Assembly (NCBI RefSeq): GCF_004010195.1
Contig: NC_057749.1
Span: forward strand, 14,055,078-14,119,077
DNA: 64,000 nucleotides
Direction: 5' to 3'
Origin: Chiloscyllium plagiosum
Taxonomy: Eukaryota
Shown here: piece by piece, positions 50,301-59,953 of the stretch
Numbering within the stretch: the first letter of the stretch is position 1
Layout: each line of letters starts with the position of its first letter
Translations under genes and position numbers: made by a program
The notes under the pieces: generated by a model
What the model saw: only the letters and a program-made list of their open reading frames with translations
Databases searched by the model: none
What the model was told of the DNA's origin: nothing

Positions 50301-51623
50301 TGGAACGAATAAAATACTTTCTTTAACTTGTTGAAAAGTTTAATTGGCATCAATGCTGGGGTGTAAAACACTTGTCCCATTTCAAGTCCCCAGTGTAACC
50401 ATCAAACACTCTCTTGTAATGGTCACTTCATGGGTGTGGTGGCAGTGTCAATATTTCTGGTCTAGCAATCCAGAGGCCTAATTTAATGCTTGAGAGACAC
50501 CAGTTCAAATCTCACCGTATTACCAGGGAAATTTAAATAGAATAAATCTGGGTTGGAGAAGTTCATATCTGTAATAGTGACAGTAAACTTATGAATTGTA
50601 AAAACTCATCTTATTTAATAATGCCACGCAAGAAGATGATTGACTGTCCTTCCACAGTCTATCCTCTACATGACTTCAGATCCACAGCAGTCAACTCTTA
50701 ACTCCTCTCTCAAACGGGCCTAGCGTGTGACTCAATTATATTTAATAAAGCTTGTGGTCACCTTTTGAGGTCAGAGGTTATAGGCCAACGGGTTGATTTG
50801 AAATCACAAGCTTTTGGAGTGCTGCTTCTTCATCAAGTGAAGTCACTTAAACTGACGAAGGAGCAGCGTTCCAAAAGCTTGTGATTTGAAAATCCCATCT
50901 GTTGGACTATAACCTGGTGTCATGTGACTTCTGACCTTTGTCCACCCCAGTCCAGCACTGGCACCTCCACATCGTGTTTTTCATCTTCAGGGCAATTAGG
51001 GATGGGCAATAAATTCTAACCTTCTCAATGGTGCCCAGATCCTGTGAATGAATGGATCTGCCCACAGTGCATGGGACAAGTGTTGTAAAACCCCAATACT
51101 GATACCAATTATTAGCTTTTTAACCAGTGACTCGAGAAGGAGACTCCTCATCACCTTTTCAAGGACAACTAGGGATGGACAATAAAATGTTGGCCCTCCC
51201 AGTGAAGCCCAGATCATTTGAGTGAATAAAAAGAGAGATAACAACTGAGATTAAAGTATCTTCCTGCCCAAGTGTGGTCCTCAGCCTAATCCTCTGTAAG
51301 AGAGCTCCATTTCCACTTACCCCTTCACTGCTATTCCCTGGTCGTTCTTAAGTGAGAATACCTGCAAGTAGAAAACTACTGGGTGGCTTGGTGCTTGGCA
51401 GTAACAGGACTGAAAGTGCCCAACTCTCTTTACTATAGGAGTCTCGGTCAGATGGGGGAGATGCTAATGTCACTTTTCTCTGCCCTGTTAGAACAGCGAT
51501 GAGCTAGATATAACCGCCAATGACATCATCCAGATCACGGCTGAGAACGAGGATGGCTGGTGGACAGCAAGTCGCAATGGAAGGAGTGGTCTAGTCCCAA
51601 GCACCTACCTGGAGAAAGCTTGA
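8329..51623 (+). CDS. PSTPIP1: PSTPIP1 (proline-serine-threonine phosphatase-interacting protein 1), 5'-incomplete spliced CDS: join(8329..8363,11266..11372,13952..14014,14713..14811,18489..18534,26788..26867,30885..30983,32301..32397,35997..36087,[39953..39985],45759..45835,49219..49301,51492..51623)
   Basis: Manually spliced exons have GT-AG boundaries and compatible phases. They translate to an F-BAR region (..[39 protein letters not shown]..) and a C-terminal SH3 ([25 protein letters not shown]), colinear with human PSTPIP1 as recalled. The SH3 argues against PSTPIP2. Confidence 0.96.
9464..9913. mobile_element. Fold-back Penelope-like insertion, family A, with a hammerhead motif in each arm
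   Basis: Inverted arms; 14-bp direct repeat ttttcccacttttg at 9450-9463 and 9914-9927. Confidence 0.85.
9843..9878 (+). ncRNA. Minimal hammerhead ribozyme motif (family A)
   Basis: CTGATGA-A-GGGC-TTAT-GCCT-GAAA-CG-TT; core intact, stem I weakened. Confidence 0.65.
10045..10385 (-). mobile_element. HE1/V-SINE-like SINE
   Basis: Reverse complement of the tRNA head and central core. Confidence 0.8.
10508..10865 (+). mobile_element. HE1/V-SINE-like SINE
   Basis: gggtggcacggtgactcagtggtt head; conserved core. Confidence 0.85.
11266..11372 (+). CDS. PSTPIP1: PSTPIP1 exon ~5 (107 nt) [36 protein letters not shown]
   Basis: ttttgtttcag|...AAG|gtaaga; F-BAR homology. Confidence 0.96.
11859..12019. 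mobile_element. Fold-back Penelope-like mini-insertion, family B
   Basis: Arms gtcagaagtcacacgacatcaggttata / tataatctggtgttgcttgacttctgac; ctaaaggc duplicated at 11851 and 12020. Confidence 0.75.
13100..13818 (-). mobile_element. Degenerate solo LTR-like element interrupted by two SINEs (13300-13415 minus; 13488-13795 plus)
   Basis: Similar to 15482-15934; minus strand starts TGTAGTGATTG and contains AATCAGGGAGCCC and TATA-like motifs. Confidence 0.55.
13952..14014 (+). CDS. PSTPIP1: PSTPIP1 exon ~6 (63 nt) [21 protein letters not shown]
   Basis: ccaacag|...GAC|gtaagc; matches [21 protein letters not shown]. Confidence 0.96.
14713..14811 (+). CDS. PSTPIP1: PSTPIP1 exon ~7 (99 nt) [33 protein letters not shown]
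   Basis: ctaactttgcag|...AAG|gtaaac; visible inside ORF 14635..14859. Confidence 0.96.
15482..15934 (-). mobile_element. Solo LTR (TG...CA) with a nested non-LTR 3' end
   Basis: Minus strand reads TGTTGTGATTG...CCAATCAGG...GATATAAA...GTTATTTCA; flanks acat/aaat; second copy at 13100. Confidence 0.65.
15610..15822 (-). mobile_element. 3' end of an A-tailed non-LTR retroelement (family uncertain, possibly L1/Tx1-like)
   Basis: Minus strand has AATAAA, (CA)n, hairpin CACTACAGC-AGTTAG-GCGGTAGTG and an A-rich tail; flanked by tgatatttctgtt / tgatatacctgtt. Confidence 0.6.
16005..16490. repeat. Pyrimidine-rich low-complexity tract with (CTGTCT)n microsatellite at ~16229-16278
   Basis: Read directly from the sequence; explains the spurious LS/CL/VS-repeat ORFs. 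Confidence 0.95.
16620..16977 (+). mobile_element. CR1 LINE 3' end
   Basis: ORF ...[34 protein letters not shown]... plus CR1 3' UTR. Confidence 0.92.
17463..17960 (-). mobile_element. L2/CR1-clade LINE 3' fragment
   Basis: Peptide [25 protein letters not shown]; same family at 37920-38460. Confidence 0.75.
18489..18534 (+). CDS. PSTPIP1: PSTPIP1 exon ~8 (46 nt) [15 protein letters not shown]
   Basis: ctccacag|...G|gtatgt; matches SQNKARQCKDSATEA. Confidence 0.95.
19655..20110 (+). mobile_element. CR1 (HER1-like) 3' fragment
   Basis: [29 protein letters not shown]. Confidence 0.9.
20875..21105. mobile_element. Fold-back Penelope-like mini-insertion, family C, degenerate (others ~5180-5335, 42090-42235, 46880-47115, 54855-55330)
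   Basis: Arms tctgtggagagagcaacagagttaacgtttt / ctctgtccacagatgctgccagacctgctgag. Confidence 0.65.
21945..22860 (+). mobile_element. CR1 LINE 3' fragment interrupted by a family B palindrome
   Basis: [29 protein letters not shown]1 sequence resumes after 22408. Confidence 0.9.
22201..22407. mobile_element. Fold-back Penelope-like mini-insertion, family B
   Basis: Inverted arms plus tail; exact 12-bp TSD gccaggtatggt at 22189-22200 and 22408-22419. Confidence 0.88.
22923..23233 (+). mobile_element. Young full-length HE1/V-SINE-like SINE
   Basis: A-box TGGCACAGTGG 22936-46, B-box GGTTCAATTCC 22980-90, CpGs retained; nearly identical to copies at 48432 and 60169. Confidence 0.92.
24718..25420 (-). 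mobile_element. CR1 (HER1-like) 3' fragment
   Basis: [45 protein letters not shown]. Confidence 0.93.
26788..26867 (+). CDS. PSTPIP1: PSTPIP1 exon ~9 (80 nt) [27 protein letters not shown]
   Basis: ttgtttttcag|...GAG|gtattt; EWEQEH motif. Confidence 0.96.
27345..28090 (+). mobile_element. Penelope-like element fragment: decayed GIY-YIG endonuclease, pyrimidine-rich 3' region and family A fold-back end
   Basis: [22 protein letters not shown]...EHFREH...MAEHFNSP; hammerhead-like CTGATGA(27994)...GAAA(28014)TGTC. Confidence 0.85.
28390..29280 (-). mobile_element. Mosaic of CR1 3' fragments with an internal inverted segment
   Basis: CR1 3' UTR and RT remnants; ~29159-29233 is the reverse complement of ~28915-28995. 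Confidence 0.75.
29616..29650 (-). ncRNA. Intact minimal hammerhead ribozyme motif (family A)
   Basis: Minus strand: TTC-CTGAAGA-A-GGGC-TTAT-GCCC-GAAA-CG-TC-GATT; GUC cleavage triplet, palindromic ACGT stem III. Confidence 0.8.
29786..30071. other. Assembly gap (286 N)
   Basis: Run of N. Confidence 1.
30885..30983 (+). CDS. PSTPIP1: PSTPIP1 exon ~10 (99 nt) [33 protein letters not shown]
   Basis: ggcttgcag|...GAG|gtattg; LRNALWVH motif including the PTP-PEST-binding Trp. Confidence 0.97.
31194..31500 (+). mobile_element. HE1/V-SINE-like SINE, internally deleted
   Basis: tRNA head and ctgtaggaattctatgattct tail. Confidence 0.8.
31898..32078. mobile_element. Fold-back Penelope-like mini-insertion, family B
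   Basis: Arms gaagtcacatgacaccag / ctggtgttgtgtgacttc; decayed hammerhead CTGACGA...aaagcttgtg. Confidence 0.75.
32301..32397 (+). CDS. PSTPIP1: PSTPIP1 exon ~11 (97 nt) [32 protein letters not shown]
   Basis: ctctctgcag|...G|gtaaga. Confidence 0.96.
32420..32629. mobile_element. Fold-back Penelope-like mini-insertion, family A, next to an exon donor
   Basis: Inverted arms plus tail; duplication cttgcttct(ct)gtctc at 32404-19 and 32630-43. Confidence 0.82.
32738..33460 (-). mobile_element. CR1 3' fragment
   Basis: [30 protein letters not shown]. Confidence 0.9.
33806..34159 (+). mobile_element. Probable solo LTR (354 bp)
   Basis: TGTTGT...ACAGCA termini, flanks ccctc/gcctc, internal AGTAAA; interrupts a CR1 remnant. 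Confidence 0.6.
35997..36087 (+). CDS. PSTPIP1: PSTPIP1 exon ~12 (91 nt) [30 protein letters not shown]
   Basis: tttcttcacag|...AG|gtaaat; YxNYYD motif. Confidence 0.93.
36640..38990 (+). mobile_element. Old internally deleted CR1 ORF2 (APE endonuclease to RT end) with a nested minus-strand LINE at 37920-38460
   Basis: [18 protein letters not shown]..., [15 protein letters not shown], and later RT C-terminal remnants. Confidence 0.85.
39953..39985 (+). CDS. PSTPIP1: Candidate additional 33-nt frame-preserving microexon (R)[10 protein letters not shown](R)
   Basis: Long pyrimidine tract tttttgtttcag|, TTAAC branch-like motif at 39921, AG|gtatac donor, phase 2-2, no stop; no human counterpart recalled. 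Confidence 0.5.
41612..41927 (+). mobile_element. HE1/V-SINE-like SINE
   Basis: B-box ggttcgattc, core, (ctaat)n tail. Confidence 0.9.
42378..43533 (+). mobile_element. CR1 (HER1-like) 3' fragment with a nested Penelope-like element
   Basis: [35 protein letters not shown]...; CR1 3' UTR. Confidence 0.92.
42432..42848 (-). mobile_element. Penelope-like fragment (GIY-YIG remnant plus family A end)
   Basis: [23 protein letters not shown]; exact 13-bp duplication tgcaggttcatag at 42419-31 and 42849-61. Confidence 0.88.
44210..44905. mobile_element. CR1 3' end (+, 44210-44560) and 5'-truncated HE1-like SINE (-, 44665-44905)
   Basis: Similarity to the other copies in the window. Confidence 0.85.
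45759..45835 (+). CDS. PSTPIP1: PSTPIP1 exon ~13 (77 nt) [26 protein letters not shown]
   Basis: ctctttcttgctatttag|...CAG|gtaaga; phase 2 to 1 as required to join its neighbours; start resembles human RFSGLLHG. Confidence 0.85.
45909..46124. mobile_element. Fold-back Penelope-like mini-insertion, family B, near-perfect arms
   Basis: ~80-bp inverted arms plus tail; CAC-CTGATGA(46001)-A-GGAGC-GTC-GCTCC-aAAA-GC-TA-GTG; tacttttgt at 45900 and 46125. Confidence 0.88.
46290..46860 (+). mobile_element. CR1 3' fragment
   Basis: [22 protein letters not shown]. Confidence 0.88.
47225..48740. mobile_element. Three HE1/V-SINE-like copies: 47225-47565 (+), 47820-48110 (+), 48432-48740 (-, young)
   Basis: tRNA heads, shared core, ctaat tails. 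Confidence 0.88.
48961..48975 (+). promoter_or_regulatory. CTCF-binding motif
   Basis: CCACTAGATGGCAGT closely fits the core CCASYAGRKGGCRS; lies in non-repeat intronic DNA. Confidence 0.6.
49219..49301 (+). CDS. PSTPIP1: PSTPIP1 exon ~14 (83 or 80 nt) (A)[27 protein letters not shown]
   Basis: ttcgtcag|cag| tandem acceptor, CAG|gtaagg donor; start of SH3. Confidence 0.94.
49686..49870. mobile_element. Fold-back Penelope-like mini-insertion, family A
   Basis: Inverted arms; minus-strand CTGAAGA-G-GGGC-TTAT-GCCC-GAAACGTC; tctctagagcatttg duplicated at 49671-85 and 49868-82. Confidence 0.88.
50770..50973. mobile_element. Fold-back Penelope-like mini-insertion, family B
   Basis: aaatcacaagcttttggagtgctgcttcttcatca / ctgacgaaggagcagcgttccaaaagcttgtgattt plus tail. 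Confidence 0.78.
51492..51623 (+). CDS. PSTPIP1: PSTPIP1 last coding exon [43 protein letters not shown]
   Basis: ctttttctctgccctgttag|; SH3 WW and PxxY motifs; TGA at 51621-51623. Confidence 0.97.
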   Translation, partial: NSDELDITANDIIQITAENEDGWWTASRNGRSGLVPSTYLEKA

Positions 51624-54125
51624 GAGCATCAGAGACCAGCCAGCTACGCCAGTTAAACTCCATATCCCTTGGAACAGGTCGAGAGAAACCGTAATCCCTG
51701 AAGGTGGCTGGGGAAGCACAGCAAGCTGTTTCACTTTTTAAAATCTGTGTGTGACATAGTTAGGTGGGAACATCCACAGCTTTCTGAAGTAGATTGATGT
51801 TCAACTGATGTTTGATCGTCACTCCTGTGGCCTTCACCTGCCTCACTGATTGGCCAGTTCCTGTGGAAAATACTTGTGAAATGATGCTTTGGTAGTCTAT
51901 TTTAAACTGTGCTCATCTTGCTGTGTGAATATTTCATTTTAAAATATTCAATTATTGCACTAATACCTCCTTTTTTTTTCCCCCCACACCCAACTTTGAG
52001 ATAACTAATTACTTTCTTTAGTGTGCTATTCAAGTGAGTGGTGTTGGTGACACAGTGAGGAATGTAGCTTTCAGCATTTCTAACCCAGTGCAGAACTTCC
52101 TTGTTCTCTGGTTCAGCAGTGTTTCTCAACCCTTACAGTTTCTACCACAATAGTGTTATATTTTTCTACTTCCCACAGCAACCATCCTGTGGACTGTGTT
52201 GGTTAAATTTACCAGCTTGGAACAATTGTGCTTGTGGGCTGATGTTGACCCTGAAGCAAGTGGAGAATTCAGTGGTTGAATTTAATATAAATTCTCAGTC
52301 ATTTAAAGGCCAGTGCCAGACTTAGCTCATTATTAGCTTTAACTTTGGTAGGAGTATTTTATTATTTAGTGGTTGGTTACCTCAGTTTGCTAGATTTCTG
52401 ATGCTAACAGTGTGGGCTCCATTCCTGCAGCAGCTGAGGTTACCATGAAGGATTCCCCTTCTCAAACGCCTCCCTCATGTAAGATGTCGTGACCCTCTGG
52501 TTAAATCACCAACAGCAGTTGCTCTCTGATTAGAGAGTTGGACTATGGTGATTTTACTGTTTATTCCTCTGCCTACTAATTCACATCCTTCACTCCCCAA
52601 ACTCACTCCAGCAGATTTCCTGCTCTATCTTGTTGAGCTTTTAAACATTTGTTTATGGGATGTGGGTGTAGCTGGCTGGGCCAGCATTTAATGTCCAACC
52701 CTGATTACCATGGAGAACAAAATGCTGAGCTAATGCCTTTTAATTACTGCCATCCATATGGGAATACAGAGAGCCACTGTGCTGTTAGAGAGGGAGTTGC
52801 AGGATTTTGCCCCAGCGACAACAAAAGAATGGTGTTACAGTTCCAAGTGATGGTGTGTGGCTCAGAGAGGGGCTTGCAGGTGGTAGTGTTGCACTCTTTG
52901 CACTGCCCTGGTCCTTGCAAATGGTAGAATTAGGCCCAGGACCCCTGACTATGACCCAACGTACCCAGCTGCTGAGGAAAAGCTCAGAGCAGACAGTGTG
53001 TGACTTACTGTACATGTTGTATCCTTCCAATCTTGTCCCCACCTTCCCTGAAAGCATCAACTCTTTGCTGGAGGCAGCTCACTTGAGTGGCCGTTATTTG
53101 TGGCTTTGCCTTGAACTGATCGAGCACAGGAGGCATCACGTCAAGCCCCATTCAGTCCTCAAGGCATCTCCAGAAGGGATTTCTGAATAACTGTAACTGA
53201 GTCATAATGGTACATGGGAGGCCATTTTGGCCTATTCACTCTGTGTCGAAGCTCTGAGTAACCCAGTCAGTCCCATTCCCATGTGGCCCTGCACGTTTAC
53301 TTTTCTCATACCCAATTTTTGTTGTCCCACCACCCTTGGATGCAGTGACCCTCAAGGTCTTTTTATCTCTGTAATATGCCAGCTGTAGCTGGGAGACACT
53401 GCTGTATATTTCTAGTGTTGTCTATTTCTATGCTTGAGCTATGCTATACCTTTTTTTAAACAGCGAAATGACCAGTTTTAGATAATTTTTTTTTGTTTTT
53501 AATTGATTTGGAGCAGCTGGTTAAAATAACCAACCCTAAGAGCACTTCCTGGTGTCCAGTTTTTGTATTTATGCAACACTTTGGGGTCATCTTGCTGTTA
53601 CAAATTTCTCATTACACTTAACAATGAAATTGCTTATGGAGATATAAGCCGAAACCTGTAAACAGCTGACTCTCCTGGTGTACTTGCAAGCTTTTGGTCA
53701 TTCGGTGGTGCGGTGCAATGCAATGAGTCTTTTCCCAACCCACCTGCATGTTCTAAAATTAGAGAAAGACTTGTATTCATCAAATGAGTGTAAACATTAC
53801 TATGGATGTGATTATCAAACTAAATACAATGAAACCGGTACACCTTTACTTTGTACATGTCAGGTGACTAATGCAGTATCATGTATAGAAAGGTGCATAT
53901 AATTTTATATATCCTATGTGTATAATATAAGTCAATGTTTATGTAAGTGCCAGAGGAGTGTCCACATGGTAGACTATTAAAGATTTTAAAGTATTAGCCA
54001 TGTAAATAATGAAGAACTTAAACTAATATATAGCCACGACGCTTATTGGTGTGAACTGTGGCTTTTTCAAATGTGTTGACTTGTGACCCACAGTATTCTA
54101 AATAAAGTTTATAAATGAACTTTTG
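51624..54125 (+). other. PSTPIP1: Probable PSTPIP1 3' UTR
   Basis: Follows the stop codon; AU-rich distal part with ATTAAA (53976) and AATAAA (54101); repeat-dense DNA resumes after ~54220. Confidence 0.6.
54101..54106 (+). terminator. Polyadenylation signal AATAAA
   Basis: Canonical hexamer at the end of the AU-rich UTR-like block, with T-rich sequence downstream. Confidence 0.6.
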
Positions 54126-54479
54126 CCATGAATGATTTTTAAAATATGCATTGGCTGACTTCTGTCCTTCTAACAGTAGAGGGTGCTAGAAACTCTGTGA
54201 CCTCTTCTTTTTAAAAAGAATTGTTCACTCACGGGATGAGGGTGTTGTGGGCTGCCAAGAGTCAACCACATTGATGTGGGTCTGGAGTCACATGTAGGTT
54301 ACATGTAAGGACAGCAGTTCCTTCCCTCCACCTAGGCTAATCCACCTCGTCTGCACAGCCTGTTGACACTACAGACAATTTAGCATGGCCAATCCACTTA
54401 GGTCTGCTTTGCACAGTCCAATTTTCTCACTTAGACACATGACATCTCCATCACTCCTTTACCACTGCTGTTGTCCTGT

Positions 54480-55240
54480 AGGTTGGAAGCAGGCCATTCA
54501 GCCCATTGGGTCCATACCAACTCTACAAATAGCACACCACCTAGACCCACTTCCTATCCTGTTCCTGTAACCCTGCATTACCCATGGCTAATCCTTGTTT
54601 GCTTATCTGCACATCCCTGGACACAATGGGCAATTTAGCATAGCCATTCCACCTAACCTGCACATCTTTGAACTGTAGGCAGAAACCCCTGCAGACACAG
54701 GGAAAACTTACTTCACACACAGTGGAATGGAACCTGGGTCCCTGGTGCTGAGGCAGCAGTGCTAAATACTAATCCTCCTTTTCTCTGGACACCCACCATC
54801 CGTTCCAGAGCAGCTCTGTTCCCTCTACAAAACATCATTAAAGCAATCATTTTTCAGCTCCTTTCACTTCAGTTTCAGTTGAAGTCATACTGGATTTAAT
54901 CATAGAATCCCTACAGTGTGGGAACAGGCCCTTCAGCCCAACAAGTCCACGCCGACCCTCTGAAGAGCAAGCTGTGCAGACTCCTTCCCCTCCCCTATTA
55001 TCCTACACTTACCCTGACTAATGCACCTAACCCCCACATCCCTGAACACTATGGACAATTTTGCATAGCCAGTTCTTCTAATCTGCACATCTTTGGATTG
55101 TGGGAGGAAACTGGAACACCTGGAGAAAAGCCACAGACCCAGAACGTGCAAACTCCACACAGGTGCCAGAGGCTAGAATCTAACCTGGGTCCTTGACTCG
55201 GAGGCAGCAGTACGAACTGCTGAGCCACCATGCCACCCCA
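54480..55240 (-). mobile_element. Two HE1/V-SINE-like copies (54480-54770, 54900-55240); further copies at 57410-57755 and 61450-61775
   Basis: Reverse-complement SINE head and core. Confidence 0.8.
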
Positions 55241-58200
55241 ATTTGAAAGTTAACTCATGCTCTCCACAGTTGCTACCAGATCTGCTGAGTTTCTGAACTT
55301 TTTTTTTGCTTTAATTTCAGCTCTCCAGTATCTGCAGCATGTTGCTTTTAAATGAGATGGGTGTATTTAATTCTCACTGTAAAGATAGTCTGCCCTTGGC
55401 AAGAACAGTGAGAGACATAGAAAATGTGTGGGTAGGGAGCAGAGAAAGATGATAGGAGCATGGTGGAGAGAGAAGAGATGATACCTCCGATAGTTTCTCG
55501 TTCATTTACAGACAGGCCACTGCTCAGGGCTAAGGGTAAGGTCAGCCCTGCATTCTGGGCCAGTTCTACAGCTCCAACTCCTCCTCCCTCCTTCCTCCCT
55601 CTCTCTACCCCCCCCCAACAACAAATATCCTTGCAGACCCCAGTTTACGTAGTCTGGGATCAGTATGTGGGCTATAGTGGTTAAAGGTCAGTCTGCCAAC
55701 TCTGACGAGATTAGAAGTTTGACAGTAAGTTTCCTTTTAACTTGCTGTACACAAGAAACCTTGCCCCACATATTTCTCCTCTGATGTGGAAATGTAATCA
55801 GGATAGAAAATGTATGTGCTGTCATAGCCTTGCACAGTATTAGCACTTCAATGGAATGCCATGAGTAGTGGGGGGTCATCAAACACCCAAATAGAAACCT
55901 TGTGGTCACATATGATTTAACCACAGAGCACATAGCTTAACATTCACAAAGACCAGGGCAGGACTCAAATGTTTTTAAAATATTATTCCTATATCACTAA
56001 CTATGGAACACTGCAGGAGGGAATAAAAAGGAATTCATTCATTAAAATATTACTTTGAACACCAATAGTGTGACAAAGTCAATCATTTATCTCAAGGAAG
56101 CTTAAAACTTTCAGTGCAATAGGTGGGGTGGGGGGGGGGGGGGGGTTGGGAGAGAATAAAAATACGTTTGCATTTGGAATGTACAGTTGGAAAAGTCAGT
56201 ACAGACCAGTACAGGACAGGAACTGGCCCCTTTGCTCATCATGTCTATGTCAACCCATGATATTCTAAACTAATCCTGCATGGGCTGCACTTGGTCTATA
56301 TCCCTCTATTCCTCATCTGTTCACATGTCTGTTAAATGTCTCCTAAAAGGAGCAGATTCATTAGTAACTTTCAAAAGGGAACTGGATAAATGTTAAAGGC
56401 AAGGAACAGGGGAGACCATAAAGATGAAACAGAAATAGGCCATTCAGCCTGCGCTGTCATTAATTGGAATCATGGCTGATTTGGATAATCTACTTTCCTG
56501 TCTTTTATCCAATATCCTGGATTCCCTTGCTGATTAAAAACCAGCCAGTCACAAATACTTAATTTAGCCTCTATAACCCTCTCCAGTCTACACATTCACT
56601 TCTGAGTGAAGAAATTCCTCATCTCATTTAAATGGGTGACCTGTTGCTCAGAGATGATGCCCTCTGGTCCTGGACTATCCGACCAGGGGAATAAGCATTT
56701 CTGCATCAACCCTATATTTTAACATTTTAACCCTCATTATTCTAAACTCCAATGAGTACAGGCCTAATCTCTAAGACAGTCTCCATACTCAGGGTCAACC
56801 TAGTAAACCTTTGCAGGACTGCCTCCAATGCAAAGATATCTTCCTGAAGATAAGGGGTGGGACAAATTGGATAGTTATCTCTGGCCTCAGCAAGGGGAGA
56901 TGACTGGCCTCCTGTGAGGATTTTAACACTGGTTTTGTCCAGTGATTCTCTCCATCAATTGACGGAGGAGACAGTATGTTTAAAAAGGTTGTGGAGTTTA
57001 TTAACTACACGGCTCAAGCAAGCTGCAATTCTAATCGGTTTTCATTTGTGGAACTCACCATAACGTAATAAGGTAATACAAGGCCCCTTTTTTTCCCCTC
57101 ATTTCCCTAACTGCAGTTCACAGTTGATCATACCATTCTCAGTGAGGGAGGGGTGCAGAATTTAAGACCTATAAGTAGTAAGCGTAGCTAAGGTTTACAA
57201 AGATATCTGCCATGTCCCCAAGTAAGATGATTAATACAAAATGGAAAAGAGGGAAATGGGGGAGATGGGCTGCAGTGTGGCCTCTTTGAAAGACTATAGG
57301 AACAAATGCTTGAAACAAGCTTCAGCAAAATATTGTATTTGTATAGACTTATGAAGGGATTGTAGTAACAAGGTCCACCTACAGGTGGTGAGATAGAGCC
57401 AATAGTTAAAACCATAGAGCCTCCAAGTCTGGAAGCATACTACTCAGCCCATTAAGTCCACACCAACTCTACAGAGCATCCCACCAGATCCATCCTATCC
57501 CTGTATCTCTGCATTTCCCCTGGGTAATCCACCTAGCCTGGAGATCCCTGGATACTGTGGGCAATTTAGCTTGGTCAATCCACCTTAATCTGCAGAACTT
57601 TGATGGATAAAGCAAACTGGAGCATCTGGAGGAAACCCACACAGACACACGGGGCGAAGATGCAAACTCCACACAGACAGTCACCCAAGGGTGGACTCTA
57701 ACCCGGGTCCCGAGTGCTGTAAGGCAGCGATGCTAACCACTGCTACCATGCTGCCCTATTCTTGGCAGCCATGAGAGTTGGAATGACATCACTTGTTGTT
57801 TCCTGTTCACCCATCTCTGCAGTTTCTCCCTTTAAAGTGCTGGAGGTGGGGAAAAAAAACCACAGGGAGAGGTCAGAATCAAAAAGGTTACACCAATCAA
57901 TAAACATTGAACATGCTGGCTCTCTATTCTCGAGAAGAGAAAGGCTGAGACGTGACTGGAGATTAAATCCCTCTCTTGCATTTACATAGACGTTTCCACT
58001 TACAGGAGAGGCCAAAATTTAGAATCATAGAACACAAATAAAACCAATTAGGAATTCTGGAAAAATGGTCACCCAGAGTAATGAGAGTTTGGAACCTGCT
58101 ACTTCAGGAAGTGGATGAGATGACTAGCATAACTGTAATTATTGGTATAAACACTGAGGGAGAACGGACTTGAAGGGTACTCGGAGGGCTAAATCAAGTA

Positions 58201-59953
58201 GGATGTGAGGAAGCTGGCACAGGGTGCACACACTGACATAGCTCACTTGGATTCATTGGGAGTGAAGAAGTCACTGAATGAGAGACGAAAAATTGTGTTT
58301 GACATTAGCATGTGGTGACAGCACGCACTTTCCTGAAAAAGAAATTTCTCCTATATCTTGAGAAGTGGTCAAGTTTCTTCAGCAGCTATTGCAGCCAAGA
58401 CATTGGCAATTGTTTAACAACTGCTGCAATTATTTATTCAATTTCATATGGCTGGGATTTGAATTCATAAGCCGAATTACAAGTTATTACTATTATCACG
58501 TATTGAGAAAATTGCAAGCAAACATTTTTTCAAACAAAAATTTGATTAAAATCTGTAAACTGCAAGTTTACCAAAACCTCACTAAACTACATTTTTAAGA
58601 TGGATTCTGCTAACGAACCTCAGTCAGCTTCCTCTTTGCAAATTCATGATGGTTTCTAAATTTTATTTTAGAAGAAACATTCATCTTCAAGACTATAAGT
58701 CGATGTCAGACTCCATCCTGGGAAATTCTTGAACGTTAGCCTTTCTGGGTCGCAGGATGACAATGATCCTGCCCTCAAGGTCAGCCCTAATTAGAATAAT
58801 TATCATGGATTCTCTTTGGAACAGACATTCCCATGAAATGCACCACACTCACTCATGGCAGAAGGCTGGATCAACAGTAACTTTCTCCCTTTCCCTTCGC
58901 TGCGCAGAGCTGTTTCATAAGCAATGTACATAAGCCTCCCAGACTCTTTGTAAAAGGTGACCTCTGTCTCTCTTCTTTGAAAGGCAGATCAATCTATTTG
59001 TCTGGTAACCAAATCTTGCAGCAGAGGACTAATAGATTACCGTTTGCTGGAAGCATTAAGTTCCTTTTTAACTAATACTTTGGAATTAAGCCATACCACA
59101 CTGCCAGCTCTGATAAGAATTCCCAGATATTGAATAACAGTGGTATTGGGTAGATTTATTAAAATTTAAATACTTTTTGAAACATACTTGAGTCTCAGTT
59201 CAAATGCAGAAAATGATGAAGGGGACAGCTTTAATCTCCAATTTAGAAAAAATTGATGAGAACCCAGCCCATATCCCTCCAAACCCTTCCTATTCATTTA
59301 CTCATCCAAATGCTTCTTAAATGTTACAATTGTACCAGCCTCCACCACTTCCTCTGGCAGCTCATTCCACACCCTCTGCATGAAAAAGTTGCCCCTTAGG
59401 TCTCTTTTATATCTTTCCCCTCTCACCCTAAACCTATGCCCTCTAGTTCTGGACTCACCGACCTCTGGTCAGCATGGACGGGTTGCACCGGGAAGGGTAG
59501 GTTTCCATGCTGTACATCTCTATGACTATGTGGGTGTTTTATTGCCAATGACTAATTCACTATCAAATGATTATTTGCTTTCTGTGATGCTGATGGAGGG
59601 ATAGGTTTGATCAGGACACAGGAAATTTCCTTATTCTCCATGGGACAGTTTTTGATGAAGGCCAGAAAGGGCCTCAATTCAACATCTCATTGGAGACTTA
59701 GCACCTCAGGCAGTGCAGCGTTCCCCCACTATTGCTCTTCCACATCAGCCCAGATTTCTATGCTCAGGTTCTCAAGAATGGAGCTTGAACCCTACAATCT
59801 TCTGACTCTGGTTTGACGGTTAGGACTTTCGTCTCAAAGTAAGGGAAGAACAAGGATACAGCTGGAATAAGTGGCCTATATTTAAAGGCGGCAAAGGTCA
59901 GTGGTCATTGGGGTACGAAGGATTCTATTTGGTAATGTAGGTGAACCTCAAAG

